Origin: a virus
Lineage: Duplodnaviria > Caudoviricetes
Reading direction: 5' to 3' (one strand)
IMG/VR virus record: IMGVR_UViG_3300050156_000143
Coordinates: 64,001-128,000 of that record
DNA length: 64,000 bases
Of this stretch, positions 9,050 through 17,956 are shown one piece after another. The position numbers and the translations under genes are program-made. Numbering within the stretch: the stretch's first letter is position 1; each line of letters begins with the position of its first letter. The notes under the pieces are model-generated. The model worked only from the letters and a program-made list of their open reading frames with translations, ran no database searches and was not told the DNA's origin.

Positions 9050-9411
9050 TATGTCCCCAAAAGTTGTTGAACGGTTTGATTTTCAAGGTTGGAAATGCGT
9101 TGTGAACGCACATATTCAGCAACGAATTCCAGAATATGACACGCTGGCACTTCACTTTGACTCACTAAATTTCCCTGACTGTCTCGGCGATCGATCAAGA
9201 CATCACGAGAAAAGTCGGAGTTGTAGTGAAATGCAGTAGTGTGCATGCCGTTACGGTGAATAGACGTGTGCATTATCAGACCTTTTGAAATTCGCGCAAT
9301 TGTGGGTAATGTTCCAACATACCGGAGAGAATTCGGTGGAGTCCTTCCGATGAATGGTATTGCTGGAGTAGAGTCGGGATATCCAGATAATCGTTCATGC
9401 TCGTTCTCCAA
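9049..9411 (-). CDS. Hypothetical protein (start may be ATG 9273)
   Basis: ORF track; FHYNSDFS and EFVAEYVR segments. Confidence 0.65.
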   Translation of the reverse strand: MENEHERLSGYPDSTPAIPFIGRTPPNSLRYVGTLPTIARISKGLIMHTSIHRNGMHTTAFHYNSDFSRDVLIDRRDSQGNLVSQSEVPACHILEFVAEYVRSQRISNLENQTVQQLLGT

Positions 9412-10108
9412 TCAATGTAACAGTGGGGTAAAACTTGGCCAGCAATGTGGCCACCTTGAAAGTCACGTTGGGATCAATCGGAGGTCGTCCCTTCGTATGG
9501 GGCCATGCGCCACCAGCATAGCAACCTTGGGCCGCACACCACTCCCACAAAATAGTTTCACCAATCTCATCTACCAGTGCCAGGCCAAATTTGTCAAGGC
9601 GTTCAACGTCCGCATTTGAGCGGAACATATAAACGGGAACATTCGAGTACGCGGGGGCGTGCTTGATAACTCCGTATAGTGATCTGACAACGGGTTCTGC
9701 CACGCCAGAATATGCCAGTCCGATGTGTTCAAAACGAAGGTCGCACATGTGCGCTGCGATACAACGTCCGGGGTGAGGCGGCATTGCCCACCATCGTTTT
9801 ATCATGGTCTCTGTTGACAAGGACGAACAGTGGTCACGGTCTTGGACAACCTTTGCCAAATCTGGATAATACGTCAGCAAAATTTCCAGCCAGGTGTTCA
9901 ACACCGTGCGACGCACGGTGGAAACATCATGACCACCAATTTCCGCCAACTTTTGCGCACAGTTAGCATAAGTCATGGGCGCATCATGCCTAGCATAATG
10001 TCCACCACCATAGGCCAACATCGTTTCCCATTCATCGTGTGATATTGCAACCATCCCATGATGGCGCAACTGATTCAGCACGGGAATAACGATGGTGTCA
10101 TCATCCAT
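9395..10108 (-). CDS. Hypothetical protein, probably two tandem copies of the domain in the next two genes
   Basis: AGGAG SD before ATG 10108; halves end LLTYYPDL and LAKFYPTV. Confidence 0.7.
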   Translation of the reverse strand: MDDDTIVIPVLNQLRHHGMVAISHDEWETMLAYGGGHYARHDAPMTYANCAQKLAEIGGHDVSTVRRTVLNTWLEILLTYYPDLAKVVQDRDHCSSLSTETMIKRWWAMPPHPGRCIAAHMCDLRFEHIGLAYSGVAEPVVRSLYGVIKHAPAYSNVPVYMFRSNADVERLDKFGLALVDEIGETILWEWCAAQGCYAGGAWPHTKGRPPIDPNVTFKVATLLAKFYPTVTLIGERA

Positions 10109-10225
10109 GAACGATCTCCTCAAGTTGAATGTCAAGGTGCGGCCACCTTTCTTGAATCATGTGGCCCAATTGGGTAAACGTGGTGCTGCCATTCTCTGAC
10201 AGAATCCTGATGCGACTTGTCCGAA

Positions 10226-10654
10226 TCACTCCATGTCCGATTTTGCCATATTGGGCAAACTGATAACCAATTCTGGACGAAGAATCTTCAATGTTTCACA
10301 TACGACCGCGCACACTTGACGCACAAGATCGGGGCGATTGTTTTTCAAAAACACCCCCAACGATTGAACGCCAGTCAGCTCCTGTACCTTTTCACCGAGT
10401 TTCAAACACGCCAAGATGTCATCAATTGACTGAAACCTGGCGCCGTCCAATCCCTCACCAACAACATGGGTGACATTCCGGGTAGTGAATTTAGCGGGAA
10501 CGCCGTTTTCGATCACTACCGCACCAGCATCGATGAGCGCCATCAATGCCCCCGTGGCCGATAACATCACATCCATATGCCCATGTGCGCTAAAATAAGA
10601 TAGCACGTTATTGACAGTCAAATCGCCAATACCAGAAAGATCGTATTTGTTCAT
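10226..10654 (-). CDS. Hypothetical protein (MNKYDLS family, copy 2)
   Basis: Start re-assigned; 28 nt around the start identical to the 11090 gene. Confidence 0.75.
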   Translation of the reverse strand: MNKYDLSGIGDLTVNNVLSYFSAHGHMDVMLSATGALMALIDAGAVVIENGVPAKFTTRNVTHVVGEGLDGARFQSIDDILACLKLGEKVQELTGVQSLGVFLKNNRPDLVRQVCAVVCETLKILRPELVISLPNMAKSDME

Positions 10655-11098
10655 GATGGTTCCGTTGTGGTTTTCAATTAGCGGTAAAGTGCTCAGCACG
10701 GTGGACATGAAGATCGGGATACAGTTTGTCCACGATGTTCAACATTTTTTGCAGAGTCGATTCCTTCAGTTCACTGCATTCAAAGTACGCACGGTGCCCA
10801 AATTCAGCAATGATCGCTTCACCAAACGCCAGTAGATTGTGTACAGCCCCGATATCAACAAAAGAGGTTGCAAGGCCGTTGATAAACACATCGGCCTTGA
10901 ACATGTGTTTCCGCATATTGAGAGGCTCGTCCCCATGAACTCCAGAAACCCGTGCATACTGGCAATGACACAAATAAATCGCTGCGGTAGAACCCGATGA
11001 TGCCGAGTGCATCAGATTCAAGCGTTGGAGTTCCACTACCACGTTGGCAATGGACAGATCGGTCACGGTGGAAAGATCGTATTTGTTCATGATGGTTC
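10635..11098 (-). repeat. 28-bp exact direct repeat spanning two start codons (10635-10662 and 11071-11098)
   Basis: gaaagatcgtatttgttcatgatggttc at both positions. Confidence 0.9.
10674..11090 (-). CDS. Hypothetical protein (MNKYDLS family, copy 1)
   Basis: Start re-assigned; see repeat feature. Confidence 0.75.
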   Translation of the reverse strand: MNKYDLSTVTDLSIANVVVELQRLNLMHSASSGSTAAIYLCHCQYARVSGVHGDEPLNMRKHMFKADVFINGLATSFVDIGAVHNLLAFGEAIIAEFGHRAYFECSELKESTLQKMLNIVDKLYPDLHVHRAEHFTAN

Positions 11099-11290
11099 TC
11101 AACGGTTGGACAAGAAAGGGATGCCACGAACTTCACGTTTTTGATCACGCTGGTTAGCAATCTCACGTGCGATCCGCTTTTTATCAAGGTCGCGGTCACG
11201 GTGTTCATCACCATATTCACCACGTTGGCGAGCACGAATGCGCTCGGTAGTGAATTCCGATTCCGACAAGTGACGAGCATTGTATTTCAT
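11099..11290 (-). CDS. Small charged hypothetical protein
   Basis: ORF track; downstream of a TGtTATAGT promoter-like site. Confidence 0.65.
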   Translation of the reverse strand: MKYNARHLSESEFTTERIRARQRGEYGDEHRDRDLDKKRIAREIANQRDQKREVRGIPFLSNR

Positions 11291-11369
11291 GACAGTTCTC
11301 TATACGAGTGAGTAACGAGGATGTGTACTATAACAGCACGTTGGCGACAAATGGTGTTAGATAAGCGTT

Positions 11370-11609
11370 TTAGTCAACTTTTGGCGTAGATGGGTGTTCC
11401 ACCATAACACCAAGTTCAACAAAAATTTTACGGGCAGTGTAGGCCCAGTTACCATGACCCAAAACCCAACCAAAAACCAGTTCGGCACGTTCCATTGCAC
11501 TCATGTCGGCAATGATGAAGTCCTTGGAGGAATCGGTGGCACTAAGTCCTAAGCGATGACGCATTTCCGCGATGTACGGGGTACTAGACAGATCGACGGT
11601 GTTGCTCAT
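11370..11609 (-). CDS. Hypothetical protein (79 aa)
   Basis: Start re-assigned to MSNTVDL; early-promoter-like element upstream. Confidence 0.7.
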   Translation of the reverse strand: MSNTVDLSSTPYIAEMRHRLGLSATDSSKDFIIADMSAMERAELVFGWVLGHGNWAYTARKIFVELGVMVEHPSTPKVD

Positions 11610-11629
11610 GGTTTGTTTCCGTTTGGTTG

Positions 11630-11657
11630 TCTGCGTCAGTGCAGTGAATGCAGTGTA
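11630..11657 (-). promoter_or_regulatory. Early promoter -10 plus leader, copy 1
   Basis: TACACTGCATTCACTGCACTGAcGCAGA; 27/28 identical to 60298-60325. Confidence 0.65.
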
Positions 11658-11717
11658 CAACATAGTCGCCAACACGGTGAGATACCCATGCGATTCAGTC
11701 GGACAATAAATAATACA

Positions 11718-12806
11718 ATGAAAATGATCCCAGAAGCTCGACGCAACCCTGACGTCAACATCAAAGACAACTATGGCCACCAAAGTGCGCTAACGCTGCT
11801 AGAAACGATTCCAAAAGCCGACTTAAAAAACTATGGTGTCACAATGACTCAAGAGCCAAAAGTGGGCATCAACCCCAAGTCAGGACATCATTCCACCCCA
11901 ATTGGAATTTATTTTTACCCAGCGGCGTATTACTTGAAGATCATCAAATCCAGGCAAGATTTGCCATATGTCCACGATGCACCATATATCAATGTACTGA
12001 AATTATCAGGGACAATTATCCGGTTATCTAGAATGACACCAACTACGTATACCACGTTGAATAAACGGTTATCTGACTTTGCAGATAAACTTGGACTTCA
12101 ATATAACGAACAATCTGATATCAAACTGTTGGGAGAAAGGTTGTATGACAGTATTAACCAACTTGCTAGGTCACCAAAACATCGAGTAATGAACAGAAAA
12201 ACTAAAGCACCACGAGTGCCAGTCATGTTGAACTACATTTTGCGCAACATTGGGATTGATGTGTTGATTGATGAGCAAGGACATGGAATCATTCATGAAA
12301 ACGAGCCGTCCCAAGGGGTCGCAATTGATCCAACAGCTATTGAAGTTATTGCCAGATACGAAAACAAAAACCAAGAAAAACTTGACTCCCGCGTGATAGC
12401 CACCTTGCGGGCCATGTTTTCAACAACGTCGTTGCCATCGTTCATCGATATAGCAGTATCAGATTTCACCTCGGTTGATGTCAAATCTATTCAAAATAAC
12501 CCAGAAATACAAACCAAAATCGCAAAAAGATTGTTAAAACTTGTCCAACAAGATTCTCAGCAACTTTTACAGCCAGGGTGTGCGGAATTGGCATTTTTAC
12601 TGAGTGATAAGAATTGGTTACTTGCATATGCCCACCAGGGGGTTAACTACAAAGAACTCACAACATCAAAACACCAGATAGGCAAAATCGCATCATCGGT
12701 TTTATCGGCACACATCACCAACCCAGATGACGACAGTGACCCAGTCAATGAGTTAATCGACGCACTTAGTCGGGTCGGTTATTACTGCAAACCGTTCCGC
12801 ATTTAA
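11718..12806 (+). CDS. Putative head-packaged ART-like protein (RRNP family, copy A)
   Basis: TAAATA at 11707-11712, 5 nt before ATG; MKMIPEARRNP; KNYGVTM..KVGINP..GIYFYP; GIDVLID..GIIHENEPSQ. Confidence 0.7.
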   Translation: MKMIPEARRNPDVNIKDNYGHQSALTLLETIPKADLKNYGVTMTQEPKVGINPKSGHHSTPIGIYFYPAAYYLKIIKSRQDLPYVHDAPYINVLKLSGTIIRLSRMTPTTYTTLNKRLSDFADKLGLQYNEQSDIKLLGERLYDSINQLARSPKHRVMNRKTKAPRVPVMLNYILRNIGIDVLIDEQGHGIIHENEPSQGVAIDPTAIEVIARYENKNQEKLDSRVIATLRAMFSTTSLPSFIDIAVSDFTSVDVKSIQNNPEIQTKIAKRLLKLVQQDSQQLLQPGCAELAFLLSDKNWLLAYAHQGVNYKELTTSKHQIGKIASSVLSAHITNPDDDSDPVNELIDALSRVGYYCKPFRI

Positions 12807-12809
12807 CCC

Positions 12810-13520
12810 GACACATGCACCAAAATGGTGCATCGCGGAACCCCGGTCACTGTCTCTTACACGACACGCATTTTCTTTGTAAAATTTCAACTTTTGTCAA
12901 CCGGTTTTACAAAACTTTACATGCGGGTGTCTGTATTTTTTCAAAAAATTTTTGTCATCATTGTGCAAATTCATGAGCCGATTTCCAGGTCGTTGGGTGA
13001 ATTTTGGAACTGATGAGGGACATTGTCTTCGCTATGATTTTTTCCCGGTTTCTTAAAAAACTTCCTTTTCCTGATTTGTTTTTGGTGAAGCGAACTCGTG
13101 AGCGTAGCGATCGAGGGCGATTTGCCAAAAACTGGGCGAGCGACTTGTTCGCTTGACCGATAACCTATAAATTTCATAGGTGTTTTTTTGCCTTTAATTT
13201 CACCGGGAAAAATTTTGGGAAATACATCTATCACTCGTATCACTCGTTTTTTGGCCGTTTCTGGAAAAATTTCATTCAAAATGAAGAAATCGACAGAAAA
13301 CACCAGAAAAAAAGTGGACGCACTTATGGCCTATTCGGAATTCAATCGGCACACCAAGGTTCCCAACAAAATGTTAAACACTATTGAATTCATTGATAGA
13401 AACAATGAAAACATCCAAATGCAAGCATTTGTCTGAGAAATTTGTGAACATTCACTGCACTACGTTTCGTTCATTTATCACAAATTTCAAATTTATAATA
13501 TTAAAATTTATAAGGAAGAA
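12810..13520. other. Non-coding island with inverted repeats, A/T tracts and AT-rich stretch; candidate replication origin
   Basis: No convincing ORF; IRs 12815-12833 and 13437-13447/13478-13488; TATCACTCG twice at 13229-13246; A/T-only 13489-13513. Confidence 0.4.
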
Positions 13521-14024
13521 AGTACAGACGTAAGACGGCACTCACGCCTTTCTCGTAAGCGGGAGCCTTGATAGGCCCGGTTAGTGCTTCTATTGCGTCT
13601 CGGTTTTGTCGATCAGACAATCTGTGTGTGTTTCTACGCATCGTTGAACTTGGAATCCACCAAGGTAACATATGATTCAATATGTTCCGACTTGCCCTCA
13701 CAGCCCGCGCGGTGTCCCGCTTGACGTTTTCTCTCCTTCGCCACAACCTTAAACGATCCTACCAATTTCTAGTTATTTTGTATTCATCGCGCCAATAATC
13801 CCATCGAACTACTGCAAACAAAATAACTTTACTTTCGATCTCTACATAACCTCACGATTATGTACGCCCATTACCTAGGGGAGGACAGATATTGCCCCGG
13901 CTAAACATTGATAGTATTGTTTTTCATATTGAAACAACCTGATATCTCCGTTTACGAATCCTAATTGATTCACAGCGGCCAATGACTTAATCTACAGAGA
14001 GGGGTGAGTGATGCCCCGAACTTG
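13520..14024 (-). ncRNA. Candidate structured non-coding RNA of about 500 nt, family unknown
   Basis: TAAATA at 14025-14030 points into it; many stems including an 11-bp helix crossed by a 6-bp helix; no SD-supported ORF. Confidence 0.4.
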
Positions 14025-14030
14025 TATTTA
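14025..14030 (-). promoter_or_regulatory. Late promoter TAAATA with no downstream CDS
   Basis: GGTTAAATACAAG context like the other late sites. Confidence 0.55.
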
Positions 14031-14062
14031 ACCATCTTTTTCAGATTGTGTCAAACGTTTTT

Positions 14063-15370
14063 TTACAAACTGTACAGCCCGTTCCGTAAAATCGATGCTA
14101 AGAGAATGTGTCCACTTTCGTTTGGGTGAAGCCCATCTGTGCTATATGCGGTGTTCCACTGATAATTGCTGTTTTGCGTCACATCGTTTCCCAAGAACAG
14201 TCCGATATTTCTCATGTTGATATATGTAGTAACGTCTGTTCCTGCTCGTGTGTCGAACATTTGGTTCAACAAATCGAGGGTGCCCCCGAGTCCACAGCCA
14301 GACTGTGGTGTTAGCCCGTCTGTTGATGTTCTGTTTAATACAGATGGTCGATGAATGACAATTGGGAGGCCACCTGGTGCTTGTCCCGCGACCCGCACAG
14401 TGTCCCATAATGTTTTGCTAGAAGAATACACTAAATCTGCTAAGGTCTGTCCACCGCTGAACCCGATATTGTTGATTCCGTACTCTTCGACATACGTGTT
14501 TGCATATTTGGCAATAGTAGACAATCTGGCTAATGCGGTGCCATCAATGTTCCAGGCGGTTGAAACTCCCCCACTGCATCCAGTGTTGCACCCAGCAATG
14601 GCAACATTCGTATTTAAATCCGTTTGGAACAACGCACGATCAAAATATGACCCGCCGCCGATATTTGGCCTAGAGGTTGAACCCACTCCCTCCACGATCG
14701 AATCACCGATTCCGAGCACCGATCGCTTATCTCCCCCCGCGAATGTCCCCACCACTCTGACACAATTCCACAGTACGGGCGAATTTGATACTGACCCAGA
14801 CCACGTAAACCCAGCGTCGCCAGTTGATAGATTAGTTACGAATCCCGCCGCTGGGTCGTATTCTAAACAGTATAATGTGCCGCTGCCCGATACCATACCC
14901 GGACAAGTTATCGTCTTCCCCCCTACACTCGCGGTTGTTTCCACGGTGACTACAATCCGAGTTCCCCTGGGGATCACTCCATCCGTTAACCCCAATTGAG
15001 ATGGGGTAATGACGTCAGACAATAATTCGATGTCGCCGGGGTTAACGGTTAGCGAGGCTGATCCCCCCCACGTTGCTAAAACTGATGGTTTTCCAACACA
15101 TTTAATCCACACACGGCGAGTTACTGGGTTCGATGCGTTAACTGTGCGATCAGTGCTGATGTACCATCCCTGGTCTACCAATCTGATTGTGGACAAATCA
15201 CCCGAACCCACTGTTCCGATAACTCTCGAAGCTCGCACATACCGAGACCCCCCAAGCGAGGCCTCGGATGATGGGATGATATTAGCCCCGGCCAGTGCAT
15301 AACGATAAGGCGACAGCGCAGTCCGCTTGTGGTGATAGTTCCACGACAAGTTAGTTGCACTCAATCTCAT
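14063..15370 (-). CDS. SGNH/GDSL esterase-domain protein, probably virion/tail-associated
   Basis: Blocks GDSIVEG, GCSGG, GINN, DGLHPN; beta-rich N-terminal domain; in a late operon. Confidence 0.8.
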   Translation of the reverse strand: MRLSATNLSWNYHHKRTALSPYRYALAGANIIPSSEASLGGSRYVRASRVIGTVGSGDLSTIRLVDQGWYISTDRTVNASNPVTRRVWIKCVGKPSVLATWGGSASLTVNPGDIELLSDVITPSQLGLTDGVIPRGTRIVVTVETTASVGGKTITCPGMVSGSGTLYCLEYDPAAGFVTNLSTGDAGFTWSGSVSNSPVLWNCVRVVGTFAGGDKRSVLGIGDSIVEGVGSTSRPNIGGGSYFDRALFQTDLNTNVAIAGCNTGCSGGVSTAWNIDGTALARLSTIAKYANTYVEEYGINNIGFSGGQTLADLVYSSSKTLWDTVRVAGQAPGGLPIVIHRPSVLNRTSTDGLTPQSGCGLGGTLDLLNQMFDTRAGTDVTTYINMRNIGLFLGNDVTQNSNYQWNTAYSTDGLHPNESGHILLASILRNGLYSL

Positions 15371-15963
15371 GATAATTCCGTGATTTCCAACGTTGCATTC
15401 GAGGTTGCGTTACTGTCACGGATGATTGCAATGTTTGCTCCGGTGGGAACTAGATAGTCTATCCGTTCCCCAGCCCCAACGAAGTGCGACGCGGTTGCAG
15501 ATGCGGTTTGAGCGCCAACTCCGACGGAAAATCGCACGTCCGAGGTACGTGCGTACATTGTGATGCGTCTACATGCCGCGCTCAAGGCGGTGTTGCTGCT
15601 AACAGTTGTCGCAGAAAGTTGTCGTGCTACACCAGGCATACCCAGAACATCTATTAGCAATCTGCCACCATCGTATGTTAGCCCGGATGTGCCCGCTTGA
15701 AATGTATCGGACGGTTGAACTGATACAAGACCGCCCCCCCAAATCCAAATACCAGTGTCCCCCGCTTTAATGGTGATGCTTTCACCCAGCTTGAGTTGAT
15801 ACCCAGATCGGTCATACACCCCCGGTGCAGCAACGGAAGATTGTATGTATGCGACTCGCAGGGTCTTGTTTTGTATTGTAATTGATGCGCCTGGGGTGAG
15901 ACCACTAAGCGTGTAAACGTTTTGCCATGAGTCGTTTAATTGGCAGTCCGAATAAGTTGTCAA
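15367..15963 (-). CDS. Beta-rich putative virion protein
   Basis: TTG start with GGAG SD after TAAATA (15983-15988); ATGA-coupled to the SGNH gene. Confidence 0.7.
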   Translation of the reverse strand: MTTYSDCQLNDSWQNVYTLSGLTPGASITIQNKTLRVAYIQSSVAAPGVYDRSGYQLKLGESITIKAGDTGIWIWGGGLVSVQPSDTFQAGTSGLTYDGGRLLIDVLGMPGVARQLSATTVSSNTALSAACRRITMYARTSDVRFSVGVGAQTASATASHFVGAGERIDYLVPTGANIAIIRDSNATSNATLEITELS

Positions 15964-16012
15964 GATTGATGCTCCAAAACAGTATTTACCGTTTAATATG
16001 GCAAAAAGCAAC

Positions 16013-16042
16013 GCAAAAAGCCACCCTAGGGTGGCTTTTTGC
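16013..16042. terminator. Intrinsic terminator, perfect 30-bp palindrome
   Basis: GCAAAAAGCCACCCTAGGGTGGCTTTTTGC; 26-bp core repeated at 63942-63967. Confidence 0.85.
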
Positions 16043-16050
16043 TATTGGGT

Positions 16051-16332
16051 TTATTCCCACCCGGATACTGTCAACCGAAATCTCACAGGATATTTGACCA
16101 ATTTGTGATCCACGTTTTCTTCAACTTGCACACAAAATCCTTCCGACAATAAATCACGTTGCAAGTGACTAATGTCATCGAGGGACAATCTCGGATGATC
16201 GTATAGTAATTGAGTGGACGATTCGCCTCTTCGTGCAGCGTCAGTGATGTTTTCTAATGCAGATGGAAATAGCTTAGATCGTTTTGCATTGCGGTATTCG
16301 TGTTTGACCTGTTCTAGTGGAGTAATATTCAT
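16051..16332 (-). CDS. Hypothetical protein (VSGW-ending family, copy 2)
   Basis: GGAG SD; similar to 17598..17876. Confidence 0.75.
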   Translation of the reverse strand: MNITPLEQVKHEYRNAKRSKLFPSALENITDAARRGESSTQLLYDHPRLSLDDISHLQRDLLSEGFCVQVEENVDHKLVKYPVRFRLTVSGWE

Positions 16333-16349
16333 AATGTTCTCCAAGGCGG

Positions 16350-16655
16350 TTAAAACGTACTCAATTTTGCCAAGCACATCATGGTGTTTAATATGGCTTC
16401 AGCGTGGGCTGTATTCTTGATGAGCAAAGTGGTATAAACTTCATCTGCGTTGTTGCAATCATCAAATATAACATCAACCAGCGTCACGTTGAAAACATTA
16501 TCAGCAGAAGTTTTCTCAAGCCGAATTTTCAAAAATGCGTTGTTGCGGATTTCGGGGGTTTTGATCACCTGATTGGTTTCGATGCAGCCAATCTGCAAAA
16601 GAATTGCCCTTTCCTGGGCATTTAGTTCCAACAATCCTCCAAACGATTTTGCCAT
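16350..16655 (-). CDS. Hypothetical protein
   Basis: ORF track; AGGAG SD. Confidence 0.75.
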   Translation of the reverse strand: MAKSFGGLLELNAQERAILLQIGCIETNQVIKTPEIRNNAFLKIRLEKTSADNVFNVTLVDVIFDDCNNADEVYTTLLIKNTAHAEAILNTMMCLAKLSTF

Positions 16656-17192
16656 TATTTGCTCCTAACGTATTGATTAATAGATTTCACTATTTTGGGA
16701 ATATCGTGGCCGTAGAATCCAGAACAGTTTATCCAGTTGAATTCCACGATTCTAGTTCCAAACGGGGTGATTGCAGTGTCCATCACGCATGTGTGGTGTG
16801 GAAGCCAAACGTCAGCTAACGATTGAGCTTGTGCTAATAAGCCATTATCGGCGTGTTCACATGACGCCATATTGTTTTTACGGTAGCGAGACCCGTCGAT
16901 TACTTTGGAATCCACAATGAACCAACGGTGTTCTTCAAGAATTTGTTTAACCGTACTGACTAAAACTGGGGTAACCGGGTCGATCTTTCACTATCTCCCT
17001 CAATTTGGTCGAGTCGTAAGGGACAGTGTGAGGAAAACTGTCGTCAAACTCACTAAGTGGATTCAGCCCATCGTCGAATGGACGAATGTTTACCCCGACT
17101 ACTTTACCACCATCGTTCAAAACGGCCCACGCCAGTTTTTCATCGTTTTTGTTTTTTGTGAACGACGTTTGGATTGCCCATTGGACTTTCAT
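16655..17192 (-). pseudogene. ATP-grasp (R2K-like) gene split by internal deletion and frameshift
   Basis: N-part MKVQWAIQ..VNIRPF..YDSTKL; in another frame TPVLVSTVKQILEEHRWFIVDSKVIDGSRY..VMDTA..IVEFNWINCSGFY, preceded by stops; central part missing. Confidence 0.65.
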
Positions 17193-17193
17193 A

Positions 17194-17505
17194 TTAAATT
17201 TTCCCAGTGATAGAAAACCACTGGTTCTTCTTTGTGTGATGGTGTTTCAATTTTAACCCCATCGTGATGGCACGGTCTTTCGGAATTTCGTAAACTTTCA
17301 CTGGCCAATATCCAGGTTCATATACTCGTGCTTGAACACGTTGTCCGTGTTTGTTGGTTTGCTGTTGATACTTCCCAGTCCATTTTCGACGGTGTTTTTC
17401 GAGATTGAAAAACCGAACAGGGGCATTTCCTGACATGTCATCGGCGGAGAGATACACCCCGATACCCGAACTAGCAACCCGAACTAGCAGTCCACCAGTG
17501 ACCAT
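17194..17505 (-). CDS. Hypothetical basic protein
   Basis: ORF track. Confidence 0.6.
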   Translation of the reverse strand: MVTGGLLVRVASSGIGVYLSADDMSGNAPVRFFNLEKHRRKWTGKYQQQTNKHGQRVQARVYEPGYWPVKVYEIPKDRAITMGLKLKHHHTKKNQWFSITGKI

Positions 17506-17597
17506 ATTTTACGACTCGTATCACCTCTTCATAAGAGGAACAACGTTTGGTCAACATTGGGGGAAATGTGGTATACAATTTTTCATGATGTTTACTT

Positions 17598-17876
17598 TCA
17601 AATCCAACCAGAGACAATCAGTTGGTATGCCGCAGTGGTGCCGTCATACAACATCTCGTTTTCTGAGAGTTGAACATCGAACCCTTCCAACTTCAATGTG
17701 GTAACCAACGTCTTCATGGTGTCTTCATTGAACCACGGTTCACGTGCAAAATTGAGCACAACAGACGCTGCGCCAGCAGCGATTCCAGCAAAAATGTCAC
17801 TCGACACTTGCGAAACGTTGGATTTGGGTTGGCATGCGGCAAGATGAGCTTTCTTGGCGGTTTCAATGGCATACAT
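17598..17876 (-). CDS. Hypothetical protein (VSGW-ending family, copy 1)
   Basis: Start re-assigned to MYAIET; LEGFDVQ and LIVSGWI match the 16051 gene. Confidence 0.7.
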   Translation of the reverse strand: MYAIETAKKAHLAACQPKSNVSQVSSDIFAGIAAGAASVVLNFAREPWFNEDTMKTLVTTLKLEGFDVQLSENEMLYDGTTAAYQLIVSGWI

Positions 17877-17956
17877 TGTGGTGTTCCGGTTGAGTTGGTG
17901 AACGTGACCACACAACCGGGGGGTCGAACTGGGGAAAAGTTGACTATACGGTGTGG

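Noticed and set aside
12971-13436. ORFs 12971..13303 (-) and 13188..13436 (+) as genes
   Set aside because: Mutually overlapping, K/F-rich from A/T tracts, no SD or promoter context; not fully excluded.
13501-13746. 81-aa minus-strand ORF inside the RNA candidate
   Set aside because: GTG start without SD (the AAGGAG lies downstream of it) and no recognisable motif; the sequence is better explained by base-pairing. Needs ribosome profiling.
13520-14024. Group I intron, tmRNA or RNase P identity
   Set aside because: GTTCAACGA resembles a group I R element, but there is no matching S element, no interrupted gene, no tRNA-like ends and no RNase P consensus.
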